Assembly (NCBI RefSeq): GCF_009914755.1
Contig: NC_060929.1
Source: the human T2T-CHM13v2.0 reference genome, Homo sapiens
Length of the DNA: 64,000 nt
Strand: one strand, 5' to 3'
The notes beneath the pieces are model-generated. The model searched no databases. It had not been told where the DNA came from and saw only the letters and a program-made list of their open reading frames with translations. Both the position numbers and the translations under genes were made by a program. Below, in pieces: positions 1 to 17,595 of this stretch. Positions within the stretch are counted from its first letter, which is position 1; each line of letters begins with the position of its first letter.

Positions 1-387
1 TCCCTTGTCTCTACATTCTCCCTGGACTCTCTGAGCATGTGTTCCTTCCTTCTGGGTATAAGGCAGGACCCTCTCTGGAATGGGTCTTATGACCTACAGT
101 TAAACAAGGTAGGTCAGATATTGATGATTTCTTTATGGTCAGTTTCTACACAGATAGAAACTGGAGGAAAAGTTAGAGTAATATTTTAAGGTTTTATGGC
201 TGGCCTTGGAGAAAAGGGGTGCTGGTTTCTGTAACCCACCTTGGGGAAGAGGAATTCTAGTTTCTATGGCCAGCCTCAGAAGAGAATGGGGCTGAGAGAT
301 AAGAGGGCAGAAGACAGAGAGAAAGTTTTGCTTCTGAGGCTATTTCTGAAGCCTTCATTTTGAGATATTGCTTTTAAAACCCCAACA
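1..387 (-). mobile_element. ERV1-class LTR (MER39/MER34-like), running off the window start
   Basis: Ends in ...AAAACCCCAACA, i.e. TGTTGGGG on the minus strand. The minus strand continues ...AAATGAAGGCTTCAGAAATAGCCTCAGAAGCAAAAC..., like remembered MER39-type LTR starts. Confidence 0.6.
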
Positions 388-786
388 CTACCCAACGTGC
401 TTAATGAAGCGGTTGATTTCTATTCTGACCCAAGCCTGTTTTCTTTCCCCATACGGGTACTAAACAGTTGCTCCATCTTCAGATCACACTTTGACTAGCT
501 CTGCTCTAGGAGTCTGATGCTTGGGGGAGCCTCTTCTCTTTGTGTTAGAACACTTTATGGGTCTTTCATAGGCAATCTGACACAATGTCAGGACAAATCA
601 GTTTATTAACCTGATTTCACACTTTTTGTATCCCCATCAAATGCAATAGCTTAGCATACATATGGCTTCTAGCCTGCTTGAAGATGAGCATCTTGTATAG
701 TTTAAATGATCCTGAGCTGGGAACTGTTGTTTCTCATCACCATCATCAGTGGAGATGGTGGCAGTAGGTTCTCCCTGCCTTTTGGC

Positions 787-1060
787 AGTTCTTAATCTTA
801 TTTTTGTGTCACGGATCCCTTTGGCAGACAGTGATATCTATGGACCATTTCTCAGAATGTTATTTTTAATTTTATAAAATAAAACCTGTAAGTTGAGAAA
901 GGAAACCAATTATACTGAAATACGCTTATCAAAATATTGTGACAGTAATACATGTGCCCAACTGTTAACACATCAAGCAAGATCTAGTAGCATGTCTAAG
1001 AGCTACTGTTATCTTGAAGAAGTGATGAACGTAAGTAAAACTTTGACATCTACGGCAACT
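787..1060 (+). mobile_element. hAT-Charlie DNA transposon fossil (MER119-like)
   Basis: CAGTTCTTAATCTT...GTGTCACGGATCCCTTTGGCAG...CTATGGACC...CTCAGAAT resembles Charlie-family termini. Boundaries approximate. Confidence 0.45.
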
Positions 1061-1339
1061 CGAGTGGGATCCCTCGACCAAAGTTACTGGGATCAGGTAA
1101 CTTTGGTCCAAGTGTGGGTATGACAGAAGATGAGCCTATAAAGGTTAGAGATGGCTATGATGAACCTTCACTGATATACCAGAGGGATGGGATATTATTG
1201 GCAGAGAGGAGTCATTGAAGTATTTTAATAGGAATGAGATAAAGAGATTCCTGATTTCAGAATATTAACAGGGCTGGAATGTATTAAATGAATTATGATG
1301 TCTGGGAGGGGGAGATAATACAATGTTTCTCATTTATGA

Positions 1340-1521
1340 TCAGGTTATGTACTGATAAACCCAAAATATTTTAAAGTAGAAAGTGCATTTTTGGCATATG
1401 ATATTTTCAATTTACAATGGGTTTGTTTGGACGTAGCCCATGGCAAATCAAGGAGCATGCTTTCACACCATCATAAAGTCAAAAAGTTCTAAGTCAAACC
1501 ATCTTCAGTCAGGGACCATCT
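1340..1521. mobile_element. Tigger-family MITE fragments (MER47-like)
   Basis: GATAAACCC..., ATATTTTCAATTTACAATGGGTTT...AAGGAGCAT and a terminal AGTCAGGGACCATCT resemble the MER47-like pieces at 45207 and 47712. Confidence 0.5.
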
Positions 1522-1864
1522 ATATGGGCAATAGTTTTACCATCAGATGGAAAGACTACATGGAGAAAATTATACCTACTTTTCCTACCCTAGTATTTCC
1601 TTTAATAGCCTAATGATAAGGTTCATCAGAGAGCTTATTAATTATGCAGAATACCAGATTCTTTCCTGCAAATTACAACCTCAGTAGGTCTGAGATTCAG
1701 AAGAAAATTAGTGATTTTTGAAACAGCTCCATATGATTTTTATCTTCTACAAGTTGAAAAACTCTTCATAGGAATGTTTGGCTGATCAGGTCTGACATTG
1801 CATGTGAGAGTATCAAAGCAAAAACTGATGGAGACAAAGTGTAATTAATTAAATTAAATTAATT

Positions 1865-2025
1865 ATTTTTTCTTTCCAACTTTTATTTTAGAATCAGGAA
1901 GTACCTGTGCAGGTTTGTTACAGAAGCATATTGCATGATACTGAGGTTTGGATTATGATGGAACTCATTAGCTTGGTAAAGAGCTAAGTACCCAATGGGC
2001 AGTTTTTCAGCCCTTGCCCTCCTTG
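1865..2025 (-). mobile_element. L1 3' end fragment (L1PA15/16-like)
   Basis: T-rich tail followed by CAACTTTTATTTTAG...TGTGCAGGTTTGTTAC, the reverse complement of a primate L1 3' terminus. Confidence 0.7.
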
Positions 2026-2524
2026 CCCTTGTGATCTTTTAAATGTGTCCTTTCTTTCATTCATAATATGCTAAGCCAACAAATAGTTTGAAGGACCATA
2101 AAAGAGAGATAAGTTGGCTATGAGAGGGCAGTAAGAAACTCCAGCAGTGCTATAAAACACCACATATAAGTCTTTATGGCAGTGCCACTGTATTTTCCAA
2201 TTAGAAATAACAGTTATTACAAATTACATTTTTTCACAGCCCCAAATATTTACTTAACGCACCCAAAAAAATAAATTAAAATTCTCCAAAATAATGGCAG
2301 TAGAAATTATGGCAGCAAATGCAAAGACTGAAAAGTTAAGATAAACAAAATTAAATTCACCACTGAGGCTTTAATGTGTTTATTTTGTATACATATGTAT
2401 CTGCTTATGAATTCTATTTATGAATATATGCATTTTAAAATAGCTGTTATTTACTTTTCCTGAGAACCATTGTTTGAATTTTATAAGGAGAAATAACAAG
2501 GTGATTTTTAAAAGAATGTGAATA

Positions 2525-2910
2525 TTTTATTTCTTTCAAGTTTTATTTTAGACACATATGCAGGTTTGTTACAGGGGGATAATGCACTTAGGTAATGAGC
2601 ATCATACCCAATAGGTAGTTTTTCAACCCATTTACCCTCACCCAGTAGCTCCCAGTGTCTATTGTTGCCATCTTTCTGTCCATGTGTAGCCAGCGTTTAG
2701 CTCCCACCTAAGTAAGAACATGCAGTATTTGGTTTTCGTTTTCTGTATTTGTTCACTTCAGATAATGGCTTCCAGCTGCATCCATGTTGCTGCAAAAGAG
2801 ATGATCTAGTTCTTTTTATGGCTGCGTGGTATTCCTTGGTGCATACTTACACACTATTGGTGAGAATGTAAATTAGTCCAGCCACTGTCGAGAGCAGTTT
2901 GGAGATTTCC
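2525..2910 (-). mobile_element. Short L1 (L1PA13-16-like) 3' end with a small inverted piece at about 2846-2910
   Basis: Minus-strand L1 3' UTR up to ...GTGGTATTCCTTGGTG, then plus-strand L1 ORF2 sequence ACACTATTGGTGAGAATGTAAATTAG...GGAGATTTC. Confidence 0.7.
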
Positions 2911-3157
2911 CACTGATAGAATTGGAATTTCCAATTGGTCAGCAGAGAGGTGATGCTAAATGAGTCAAGCCAACATGATAACGCCTAACTCTTAAGTTAC
3001 TTCAGTAGAAATGGCACCCTGTAGTCAGCAATGGTAGTTGATGAGAATCAGGGAAAACAGCAGGGCCTGTGGAAGCCTCCTCTGGAGAGTGGTGTTTTCT
3101 GACAGAACATTGCAGACCAGCCCTGGACTGTCACTCATGATTACCATATTGTATGGG

Positions 3158-3162
<5 letters not shown>

Positions 3163-3203
<41 letters not shown>

Positions 3204-3238
3204 CACACACATGCACACACACACACACACACACACAG
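3163..3238. repeat. Compound (TC)n(CA)n microsatellite
   Basis: Visible directly, about 600 bp upstream of the ARL14EPL start codon. Confidence 0.95.
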
Positions 3239-3839
3239 ACGCACGCACCCTGTATATATACTACTGAAGTAATTTAGAAGAAGTAAGTTACAGGCATTTT
3301 AGCAGTGGGGTTTTATGAAAACCTGATTACCATTTAGCACAAGCTGCATTAGAAATTTATCAGAAAAGTTGAGTGAGGAGATCAAGGCTTTGGGGAGTCA
3401 CTGTGGGAATGATACATGAAGAGGTGTCAGCTGAAACCATGGGAGTGGATGAGCTTTTCACAACATTACTGTGTACATATGGTATTAACGTATCATACTT
3501 TTTCTTTCAAGAGTGTGTGTAAAGAAGGAAGAATGGAGTTCTAAAAACTCAGAGTCTTCTTAATCCTGCTTAAGAGAGGTTTATGATGCTAAGGACTGTC
3601 AAAGGTACTATTGATTTTCTCCTGGAACCCCCGGCAGAGGAGAGCCTCAGTAGGGTGGTCTGGGGGAGTCAGAGGCAAGGTTTAACAGTGAGTGGGAGAA
3701 AAGGTTCTGGGAGTACAGATACAGTCTGGTTTTGAATAAAGTGAGACGTGTAGGGAGAGTAGAAAAGAATCACCAGATATAGTTACTGGAGATAGATGAT
3801 ATTAATATGTTTTACTTTTTCCAATTACTTTTTAAGTGA

Positions 3840-4073
<234 letters not shown>

Positions 4074-4226
4074 TGATAGAGCTTTCCCTCCTCCCCACTG
4101 CTCGCTGCGGGCTGCTCTCGCCTCACACATCTCCTCTCCACCTCCTGTGTACCCTGATTTTTAGCCCAGTGTTCTGTACAATAAAATTCTGCTTTTTGTG
4201 GAGAATATATACAAACGTTTTTATTT

Positions 4227-4725
<499 letters not shown>

Positions 4726-4789
4726 TACAAATGTTTTTATTTAATGAACCTTTATTTTGTTATTATTATGTCATGTTATGGCTCTAAAA

Positions 4790-4975
4790 CTGTATGTATT
4801 AACTCATCTAATCCTTATCACACCATACTATTGTTAACTCCATTTTACAAAGAGAGAAACTGGGGCCTAGAGATGTAGCAATTTGCTCAAGGCCCACCAC
4901 TAGTACGTGGCAGAGCCAAGGCTTGAGCACAGGCAGGTGACCCTGGGTCTCTGTTCTTAACCTCTTGCTGTGCTA
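4790..4975 (-). mobile_element. MIR SINE
   Basis: CTCCATTTTACAAAGAGAGAAACTGGGGCC...AATTTGCTCAAGG is the reverse complement of the MIR core. Confidence 0.75.
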
Positions 4976-5454
4976 CTTAGAATAGTAATCGCTTCGTACT
5001 AAGTTGTATGTATATGTCATAACCATATCTAATGCAGAACAGTTTAAGGTTAAGTTTATGAAACAAAACCATATACACCAAGATGAAATTTAAAAGAAAC
5101 ATTATATTATTTTAGACTTACTAGACTCTTATTAAACTAAATAAACTGCAGAAAAGTCCATGACATTCTGTTACTAATTTGTTACATTGAAATTCCTACA
5201 TTGAAAGCTTCCCTTTTGTTTCCAGGTGTGGTATTTCATGTATATGTCAGCCTATATGTTTTTGTGCTTCTGAGATTATTTTCTTCTACAATCCTTCAAA
5301 AGAGCATTTTCTTCCCTCATGACATGTGCTACATGTTCACAATAAGTTATCAGTACAATATTCGATTGAAGCATTTTGTTGTTTGTCTTCCAGCTCAGGC
5401 CCATTTAATTTCTAATTGTCTTTCAGCTCAGGCCCCATCTAATTTCTAATTACA

Positions 5455-5767
5455 GTGGCTCACACCTGTAATCCCAGAACTTTGGGAGCCCAAGGCAGAT
5501 GGTGGATCCTTGGAGCCCAGGAATTCAAGGCCAGCCTGGGCAACATGGTGAAACCCCATCTCTACTGCATATGTACACAAAAATTAGCCGAGCATGGTGG
5601 TGCGTGCCTGCAGTCCCACCTACATGGGAGGCTGAGGTGGGAGGATCACTTGAGCCCCGGGGATTGAGGCTGCAGTAAGCCATGATCACGCCATAGCACT
5701 GCAGCCTGGGTGACAGAGCGAGACCCTATCTCAAAAAAAAAAAAGAAAAGAAAGGAAAAAAAAAAAA
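5455..5767 (+). mobile_element. Alu (AluJ-like), slightly 5'-truncated
   Basis: Dimeric Alu with the J-type GAGGATCACTTGAGCCC right arm and an A-rich tail. Confidence 0.9.
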
Positions 5768-6395
5768 CCTCCAGAGACTTTTGAAAATGTCCCCCTATGC
5801 CCTAGAAAGTCATCCTAGCAATATTTCTCTTGTTCCAATCTGGCTTTGACTGAAAGTCGATCCTTCAGGTGGCTGAGTTCTGAATTGGAGACCCCCCGCG
5901 TGGAGGCCAGTCCCGGGTAGGGAGTAGCTCCGAAATGCATCCCAGGACACTGAAGGGGAGTGCCGGATCTACTTTGGGTTCTCACTGCGGGTTGAGACAC
6001 TACATGGGCTTCTTTAGCTAACAGCCGAGGAAGGGTCTCTACTCCTTCGTCCTTACCCACATCAAATGCTAATTCTGATGTGCATCCCCATCAGATTTGG
6101 AAAGCTGAGTGGCGTTTTGCGGTTTTAAAAAGAATTCTTCTATTCCCCTTGATTGTTTTTTACATTTTTATTTTATGAGTGTTATACTATTTCTTTATTC
6201 AGAAAGAATGGCCCAACTTGAGAAAATGTACACCATCTTTTGAAACTTAATTAGATTAAATCGTTTATGTCTTTGTGTAAAACATATATACTTTCATGCC
6301 TTTATGGTGACAGTTACAGAAAGTTCATTTTGGGGAAATGTAAAACAGATAAAACTATCTGGTTCTTACTATTAATACATTTATTTGTTTAATAG

Positions 6396-6536
<141 letters not shown>

Positions 6537-6931
6537 TAAGATTCTGACTTATTGTATTTGATCTGTGGGATTATGAAATGCATGAATTCTCCTTGACAAA
6601 GCAATGAAAGATTCCCTCTTTTTATTATTTCTTATTTAAAAATATCTCCTCTGAAATATAATAGTACCTATGTGTCTGGACGTTAGCAACCTTAAGAAAC
6701 AGAAAAATAGACTATAATCCCGAATTAGGAATCGATTTTTTAAAAAGGCTTCAATAGCCGTGTAATAGAGTAATGGCTTTAGTAGGAAAGATGATTTAAA
6801 AGTAACAAAAATGTATCATTAGAAGGATAAATAATATAACCATGGGAATGAACTCAGGATATTAAATGGGCACAGGACTATCATCAAGTACAATGATTGT
6901 TAGTGCATCGTAAGTATAAACTAAGTAAACT

Positions 6932-7998
<1,067 letters not shown>

Positions 7999-8010
7999 GG
8001 AAGTGACTTT

Positions 8011-9592
<1,582 letters not shown>

Positions 9593-10906
9593 GGAAGTGA
9601 CTTTTATAACATCAAGGTACAGTTCCTTTTTGAGGGGAGGGTAGAGGGATGCAATGGGTGGGGACTGAAGAGGACTTCACTGCTGTAACACTCTTTTGTT
9701 AAGCTGGACAGTGGGCACACAGAAGTTTGTTTTATTCTTCTTTATCTGTGCATGTAGTGTATATATTTTGCATGCTTTGATGTGTATAATTCAGGATTTT
9801 ACCAAAAAAAAAAAAAGCATCAAATGGGCCGGAAACCATAAAACCTTACCAACACAGGAGAATATTTGAGTTAAGGCAAAGGGAGGACAGAATCTGACCT
9901 GTGGTATAGGTTGATTTCGGGACCATCTACTCCATCATTCTTATAATAGATTTAAAATATCCTCTTCTGCTAAATTTCCTGGGGTTGCTTAGGAAGAGTT
10001 TCATTCCACAAATAAAGTACTTCAAAAGTGAATCTTCATTAGAAGGCATTCTTGCTAAAGCGTGAACATCAGGCAGCAAGTACACATAATGACTAATCTT
10101 TTCCCTTCCCTGCATTCTTAGGAAAAGGAACAGGACGGAACGATATTACTTAGCGAACAGAAGGAGAGGAGGCATTGTGCCTGCTTAGGGACAAAGGGTG
10201 CAGGAGTATTATACATAATTTTGCCATACTAGCTTAGGACAACCAGCCTTTTGGACTTCAGTGGTAATAACAGCTATCAGTTATACAGAGGTATTTTTGT
10301 TATTCTCAGGTTTTGAAGCAACTCAGTTTTGAAGGATTTATTTCAAAATGGTTGGGTTTGAGAAGGTAGTAGGATTCCTGTGAAAGTCCTTTGTCCCTGG
10401 CCATGTTGTAGAGGCTAACAGAGACAGTCTGGACTCTGGGCTCTCCTCTGGGACAGAGCATCCCACCTTCAGTCAGAGCTTACGATGTATGATCCTCCAG
10501 TCTTGGTCACCTCCTTTCTCCCTCCTCACTGGGTAAAAAGCAGAATCAGAAAGGAACAGAAGAAATGGCACTTGGAGACTGTTAGCAAAGGTGCTTTTCT
10601 TTCTTCAAATGATTATGTGTAATAACTGACAGTTCTAATTTTAGGTAACAAAAATGTGGTAGTTGCATTCGGCATAGTGCTTTTAAGAAAAAAATAATCT
10701 GTTAGGGAAAAATCTGTCAAGAATGGTAATATTTTAAAGAAAACTTTGGGGGCATTTGTAGGAGGAAGCTTTAGTTAGCTATTCCTCATAATTTTCTTAG
10801 GTAGATTGCTGCATTTCCCAGCAATGCTGGAAAAATGAAGTGTTACTCTAGATGACAAGCCTGGCTGCACTGGAAGTTGTTTGATCTCATATTGACTGAA
10901 TTTCCC

Positions 10907-10916
10907 GTGACGTCAC
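10907..10916. promoter_or_regulatory. Perfect palindromic CRE (GTGACGTCAC)
   Basis: Motif seen directly with its CpG intact. Function is not shown. Confidence 0.4.
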
Positions 10917-11070
10917 TGCCGTACAATATTCTGGAGTGTTTCTGGTAATCCCTGGAGTTCTGGTCCAGAGTACCAATGTTTCTGGTAATCTCTGGAGTTC
11001 TGGCTCAGGGTAAAATGGTCATGTGTATGATGTTGATTGTACACTAATTTATTCTCAATGTTGAGGATGA

Positions 11071-11331
<261 letters not shown>

Positions 11332-12191
11332 GTGCTCTTGTATATGGACTGATTTGTTTCTTCTTCTTACACATTTAAGTTGACCTCTTTCTTTTGGGTG
11401 AATTTTAGGGCTTGGGGGAAATATCGAAAAAACATACTGAAGACTCATGTTCTGTCAAGCCCCAGAACAATGTAGAATGGATAATAATTCTGTAACCTTC
11501 TTAACTGTGTCAACAATTTTCAAGTCCCTTAACTTGCAACCAAAGGATGTAACAACGGAGGGATCAGCATTTCTCATCAGCACCCTCATCTCTACTCTGC
11601 CTTCAAATTAAAACTCTCTTCCCTCTTTGCTGATATCTGAGAAAATGTAGCTTTAAGATTTTCAAAACTCTGTAGTTGAGAGCTTTTCTTACATAGAACA
11701 TAGAATCTTAAATTTATAATATCTAGTTGTCCTTAGAATCTTATACATCACTAGCTGTAAATCAGAATTGCCATTTGGATTTTGAAGAAAAACTGTGACT
11801 TTGCACTGTATACCCATAGCCTCATTTTTTTATTGTTCATGTTTTAATAACATTAAAATGAAATTTAGTAATACTTGGTAGTATTTTTAATCATTAAAAT
11901 TTGTATTGTACTTGTAAAATTGAAAAGTTAGGAATTTAATATCCTAAAAGCCAGGAGTTTACATATTTTTGATTTCAGAAGCAGTATTTCAGGATTTGTT
12001 TTTCATAGAGAGAAAACAAGTTATACAAAAATGATTTTCTGTATGTTTGCTAATTGAGTGTGTTGATAAGCAATTGACTAGATAAATGATGTAGTCTTTT
12101 CAACTTTGATACATCATCAGAGCTATAAAATATTGAATTCAGCTTTCTTTGAATTCATTTTTTTATGACAGTCTTTTTTTTAACCCTAAGT

Positions 12192-12348
12192 CAATGGTTC
12201 TCATTCATGAGAATTGCCTAGAGAACTTGTCAAAACATAGATTTTTGCAGCCCCACATTCAGAATCTGGGACAGGGCTCAACCATCTGTTCCACGTTCCC
12301 AGGTGATGTTGATGCTGCTGATGTGGGGACCACACTTTGAGAACCACT
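12192..12348. mobile_element. MER5A hAT MITE
   Basis: Inverted termini CAATGGTTCTCA ... TGAGAACCACT and internal CCCAGGTGATGTTGATGC. Confidence 0.8.
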
Positions 12349-12519
12349 TCTCTAAATTATTTTAGATACATAATGTAAGGAAGTATTTAAACCTCATTGA
12401 CTATGATACTGCCACTGCACAAAGCTGGAAGTATTTAAATAAAGTAACGTAATAAAAATTTAAAAGTAAATAAAAGCATTTAAGTTTTAAAATAAATTTG
12501 AAATAGTATAAATAGAGGG

Positions 12520-12834
12520 TTTTTTGTTGTTGTTGTTTCTTTTTCTTTTTTTTTTAGACGGAGTTTCCCTCTGTCACCCAGGCTGCAGTGCAGTAGCGCG
12601 ATCTCCGTTCACTGCAACCCCCGCCTCTGGGCTCAAGCCATTCTCGTGCCTCAGCCTCTCAAGTGGCTGGGATTACAGGCTTGCACCACCACTCCCGGTT
12701 AATTTTTGTATTTTTATTAGAGACGGAGTTTCACCATGTTGGCCAGGCTGGTCTCAAACTCCTGACCTCAAGTGATCAGCCCGCCTCACCTCCCAAAGTG
12801 CTGGGATTAGAGGTGTGAGCAACCGTGACCGGCC
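12520..12834 (-). mobile_element. Alu (AluSx/Sz-like)
   Basis: Full antisense dimer flanked by duplicated TATAAATAGAG. Confidence 0.92.
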
Positions 12835-15599
12835 TTTTATAAATAGAGTTTTCAGGATTTATTTTTCCTTCATAATCAGTTTAACACTCACTTCTGCACA
12901 ATCTACTTGTGCCAGGGAACGTTTCTGACAATTCTGGATTTGTTGCTTGACGTATGTTTTAGGACTAAAATAAGAAAAGTCCTAAAAGTAATGGTGTGAC
13001 TACAGGACACCTGTCCACGGAGCAAGAGAACTTACATTCTTCTGCATCATTCTCCATAGAATTTACTGGGTTTTCCAGATTTCACTTACTTTTACTGAGC
13101 ATACACTGTGAACTAAACATTGTGTTAACACAGTAATGAATTGCATTTCCGTTAACCATCACAGCCCAGTAAGGAAGACGTAAAATCAAATTACCCAAAT
13201 CACATTCTTTGAAATGCTCACCAGGAATGTGCAGCCGGGAAACCAGTAAAAACAAGCAGGGCCTTTTTCAGTTTATATCTTGTTTTATTTTTGAGAATAA
13301 TTATTATTTTGTAATTGGCAGACCAAATGCATTTATTACTTCTTCATTTTAGAATCATATAATCTTAGAGCCAAAAAGAGCCTTGCAGCTCATCCATATA
13401 GTGAATTAGTCGACAAATACTAACAGAGAGGCTGCTCTGTGACAGGCAGCAGGCTAGGTGCAGGGGACCAGGCAGTGAACAAAATCTGCAGGGCTCCTGT
13501 CTTCATGGGGCTTATGGACTAAGGCCAGACTCTTTTGTTGTTGTTGTTTTTGTACCTTTGCAACTGAGGAGATTTAGACCCAGTGAGATTAAGTGACTCA
13601 GGTAAGGACACACAGAAGAATTGGCAGCCCTGGTGTTTTGAACACTAAGACTAGGTCAGAGCTCTTTCAATGATGCCACGTATTTCCTACACTACGGTCA
13701 TTAAGTGCTTTTAATATAATAAACATTCCTAAGACCCATCCCCAACCTCAGGAATCAGAACCTGTAGGAATGAGACCTGGGATTCCATAATTTTAAACAA
13801 GCATTGCAGTTAAGTCTTATGATCTGATACATCTGAGAAACACTGCCCTATATCATCAGTTGTCCAATTTTCATGCTAAAAAATAATCCTAGGCAAATTA
13901 GCATTAAAGCCTCCTTCCTTTCTGTCTCCTCTTGTCACTCAGTCTTAAGGATTAGATAAAGGAATCTGGTTTAAAATGATCTGGCTTAAAAAGTGTGTTG
14001 AAAAATTATACTGGTAAATTTTCCAAGTAAGGCAAAAAATAAAGTAAAAAACTGCATAATTAACTAAGCAGACACCTAATACTGCTATCATGGAAGCCTA
14101 GTAAAGCATTTGATGAAGTACACTTTTAGAAATCAGGTTATTTCATCTTGATCTAATGCCATTTCAGTGTATTTCTAAAACTTCTCTTGCAATAAATAAT
14201 TATTACAAAAATAAATTTATGTGAATTGTCTAAAACTTATTTTGCAAGTGTCTAATTTTTATTACAAAGTGAATAAAGCTCTTTAGCTATTTGAACTAAA
14301 TTCAGATTAACAAGGAATGCAGCTGTACTATCTGATTACATTACCCAAGGAAATCGTCTTGTCAGTGTGACAGGACTTTTTTCTGCTTGGCTATCTTTCA
14401 ATGCTGATAGCATGTCTTCATGAATATGTGTAAAATGGAAGGAAACCTATTTTACAAAAGGTTATTTAAATTAAACCAGTACATACTGAAGGATTTAGAC
14501 AAATTATCCCGTGCCCATTTATGCAAGGATTTTGGACTAGAATGCCATATCACGTCAATTTTTGTGACAACTTTTGAGTGTAATTTGTAAGAGTTAAAGA
14601 ATATCTGTACACTGTCTTAGATAATCCTTCTGTACCTCCCCTTCCAGCTACCCCCACCCAAGACACAACATCTTGGATCCATTGCAGGTATAGACGTTGG
14701 GATGCTAACTCACACAAAAATCATTTAACCTCTATTTTTATAAAAGTGAACAATGCCATTTTGTATAGTCTGTGGATGTCGTAGATGGTAGTTATGTAAT
14801 GAATGCTTTGGACATTTTTAAACATTTACACATGCAAGGCTTCAATGTTTGGCCATGCAGGGACATTTATTACTTAAGTCCAGAAGGTGACTTTTACATG
14901 GACAGCTGTACAATGCCAATTATGCCCCCTAGAGTTGTACAGCAAAATGGTCCTGCAGAAAGGTGCCATTTGATGTGCGGATTTCTTGTTTGTCCAGCAT
15001 TTATTGACATTTACTATGTGTTAGACATTGTGTGCTTTAGGTTGGTTCATATTATTGTATAAAATACTTTTTAAAAATCCCTATGTGTCCTCTCTCTTCT
15101 ATCTATTTTTTCTTTTTTCCTTCATTCTCTGTGATGTCTGTAACAGCAGAAGATAGTTTGAGGTTACTTAGGACGATAGTCCATATATATGATTTAACAT
15201 ACACAGTTTTTGTACTACTTTTTCCTTTTCAGAACCTATATTTTAATCCTGGACTTCGAATATTCTTTTTAACATTCACAGATTCCTAAAATTCTGTATT
15301 TTTCGTCACTCTGTGGAAGGGAAATGACTCTCATTACTATTCATGTCTAATAAACAATGTATTACTTAAGACGCATATGCAATTTGAAAAATGTTTCTTT
15401 TGTGTTTATAATCTGTAGTTTTAACAGTTTATTTTTTCCTCACTATTGTATGGTTGTTTGTATATTCTTTTTAAGTTGGCCAAAGCTTAGGTCAGATACA
15501 ATAAATTCAGCGAGATCAGTGACTGAGTTTAACTGTTTTTCCTTCAGTAGTGCATTCAATAACATAGTGCACTTAATAGATACACTACTTAGTGACCCA

Positions 15600-16080
15600 T
15601 TATTCATTTATTCATTCATTTACCAAGCACCTCTTATATGCCAGACACTTTACTAGGTGCTAAGGATACAATGGGTAAGGGAAAAAACACTCAAACGTGG
15701 TCTCTACTCTTACGGACTTTACAGAATAGTCATGGGGGGAGAGAGAGATAGAATAATAATATCATGACACAAATGAGTGTGAAAAGAGTAATGGGTGAGA
15801 GGAGTTATTAAGGACATCTTTACATAGTCTGGGTGGTCACAGAAGTCTTACCTAAAGGAGCGATCACAGTTCTGGGGCTTGAAAAGTGAGAAAAAAAATA
15901 GCAGAGAAGAAGATGGGCGTGGGGGAGAATGTTTTTGGCAGAGTAAAGAGCATGCTGAAGGGTCTGTGGCAGGAAAGGGTACAGCATGTTCCAGACACTA
16001 GAAGAAGCCTGGATGGGTGGAGGGGAAAGCCTGAGAAGCCTCTGCAGAGCAGAGAGTACTCATATCATGGGAGGCCTTTT
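15600..16080 (-). mobile_element. L2 LINE 3' fragment
   Basis: ATTCATTTATTCATTCATTT followed by AGCACCTC...ATGCCAGACACT...CTAGGTGCTAAGGATACA. Confidence 0.7.
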
Positions 16081-16081
16081 A

Positions 16082-16483
<402 letters not shown>

Positions 16484-17293
16484 TCATACTTGCATTTTTA
16501 AAAGACCACACTGGCTGCAGTGAGGAAAACAAACAAAAGGACTTTGTGATAGAAGAGATATGTGGGGTGAGGAAGACAGAAGCCACAGGAGTCTCCCACT
16601 TTCTTGGTTTCCATCGTCAAACAGATGGTATGGCCAATCACTGAACACTGGAACAGGGAATACTGGAAAAGGACCAGGGCTGAGGAATGCTCATGTGTGC
16701 GATTGCTGGTTCATATGTTGTAAGTTTAGTTTTGTAGGAAACTGCCAAAATGTTTTCCAGAGTGGCTGTACCCTTTTGCATTCCCACCAGCAATGTATGA
16801 GGGATCCACTTTGTCTAATCCTCACCAGCAATTAGTAGTGTTACTATTTTTTATTTTAACCATTTGGATAGGTAAGTCGTGATATCTCATTGTGGTCTTA
16901 ATTTGCATTTCCCTAATGGCTGATATTTTCATGTGTTTATTTGCTATCTGTATGTAATCCTAATGAAATGTTTCTTCATATCTTTTGCCCATTTTCTAAC
17001 CAGATTATTTTATTTTTTAATACTGTGTTCTGAGAATTTTTTATATATTCTAGCTACAAGTTCTTTGTCAGATACGTGTTTGCAAATATTTTTCTCTCTA
17101 CAGCTTGTTTTCATCCTTCTAATAAGGCCTTTCACAGAGCAATAGTTTTAATTCTAATGAATTTTGATTTATAAATTTTTGTCTTTTACAGATTGTGCTT
17201 TTGGTGTTATGTCTAAGAACTCTCATCCAAGCCCTTTTTACCAAAGATTTTCTCCTATATTATCTTCTAAAGGTTTTATATGATCCATTTTGA

Positions 17294-17595
<302 letters not shown>

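Noticed and set aside
6248-6258. DUX4-like motif TAATCTAATTA on the minus strand
   Set aside because: It mismatches the conserved AATCA end and is likely by chance in AT-rich DNA.
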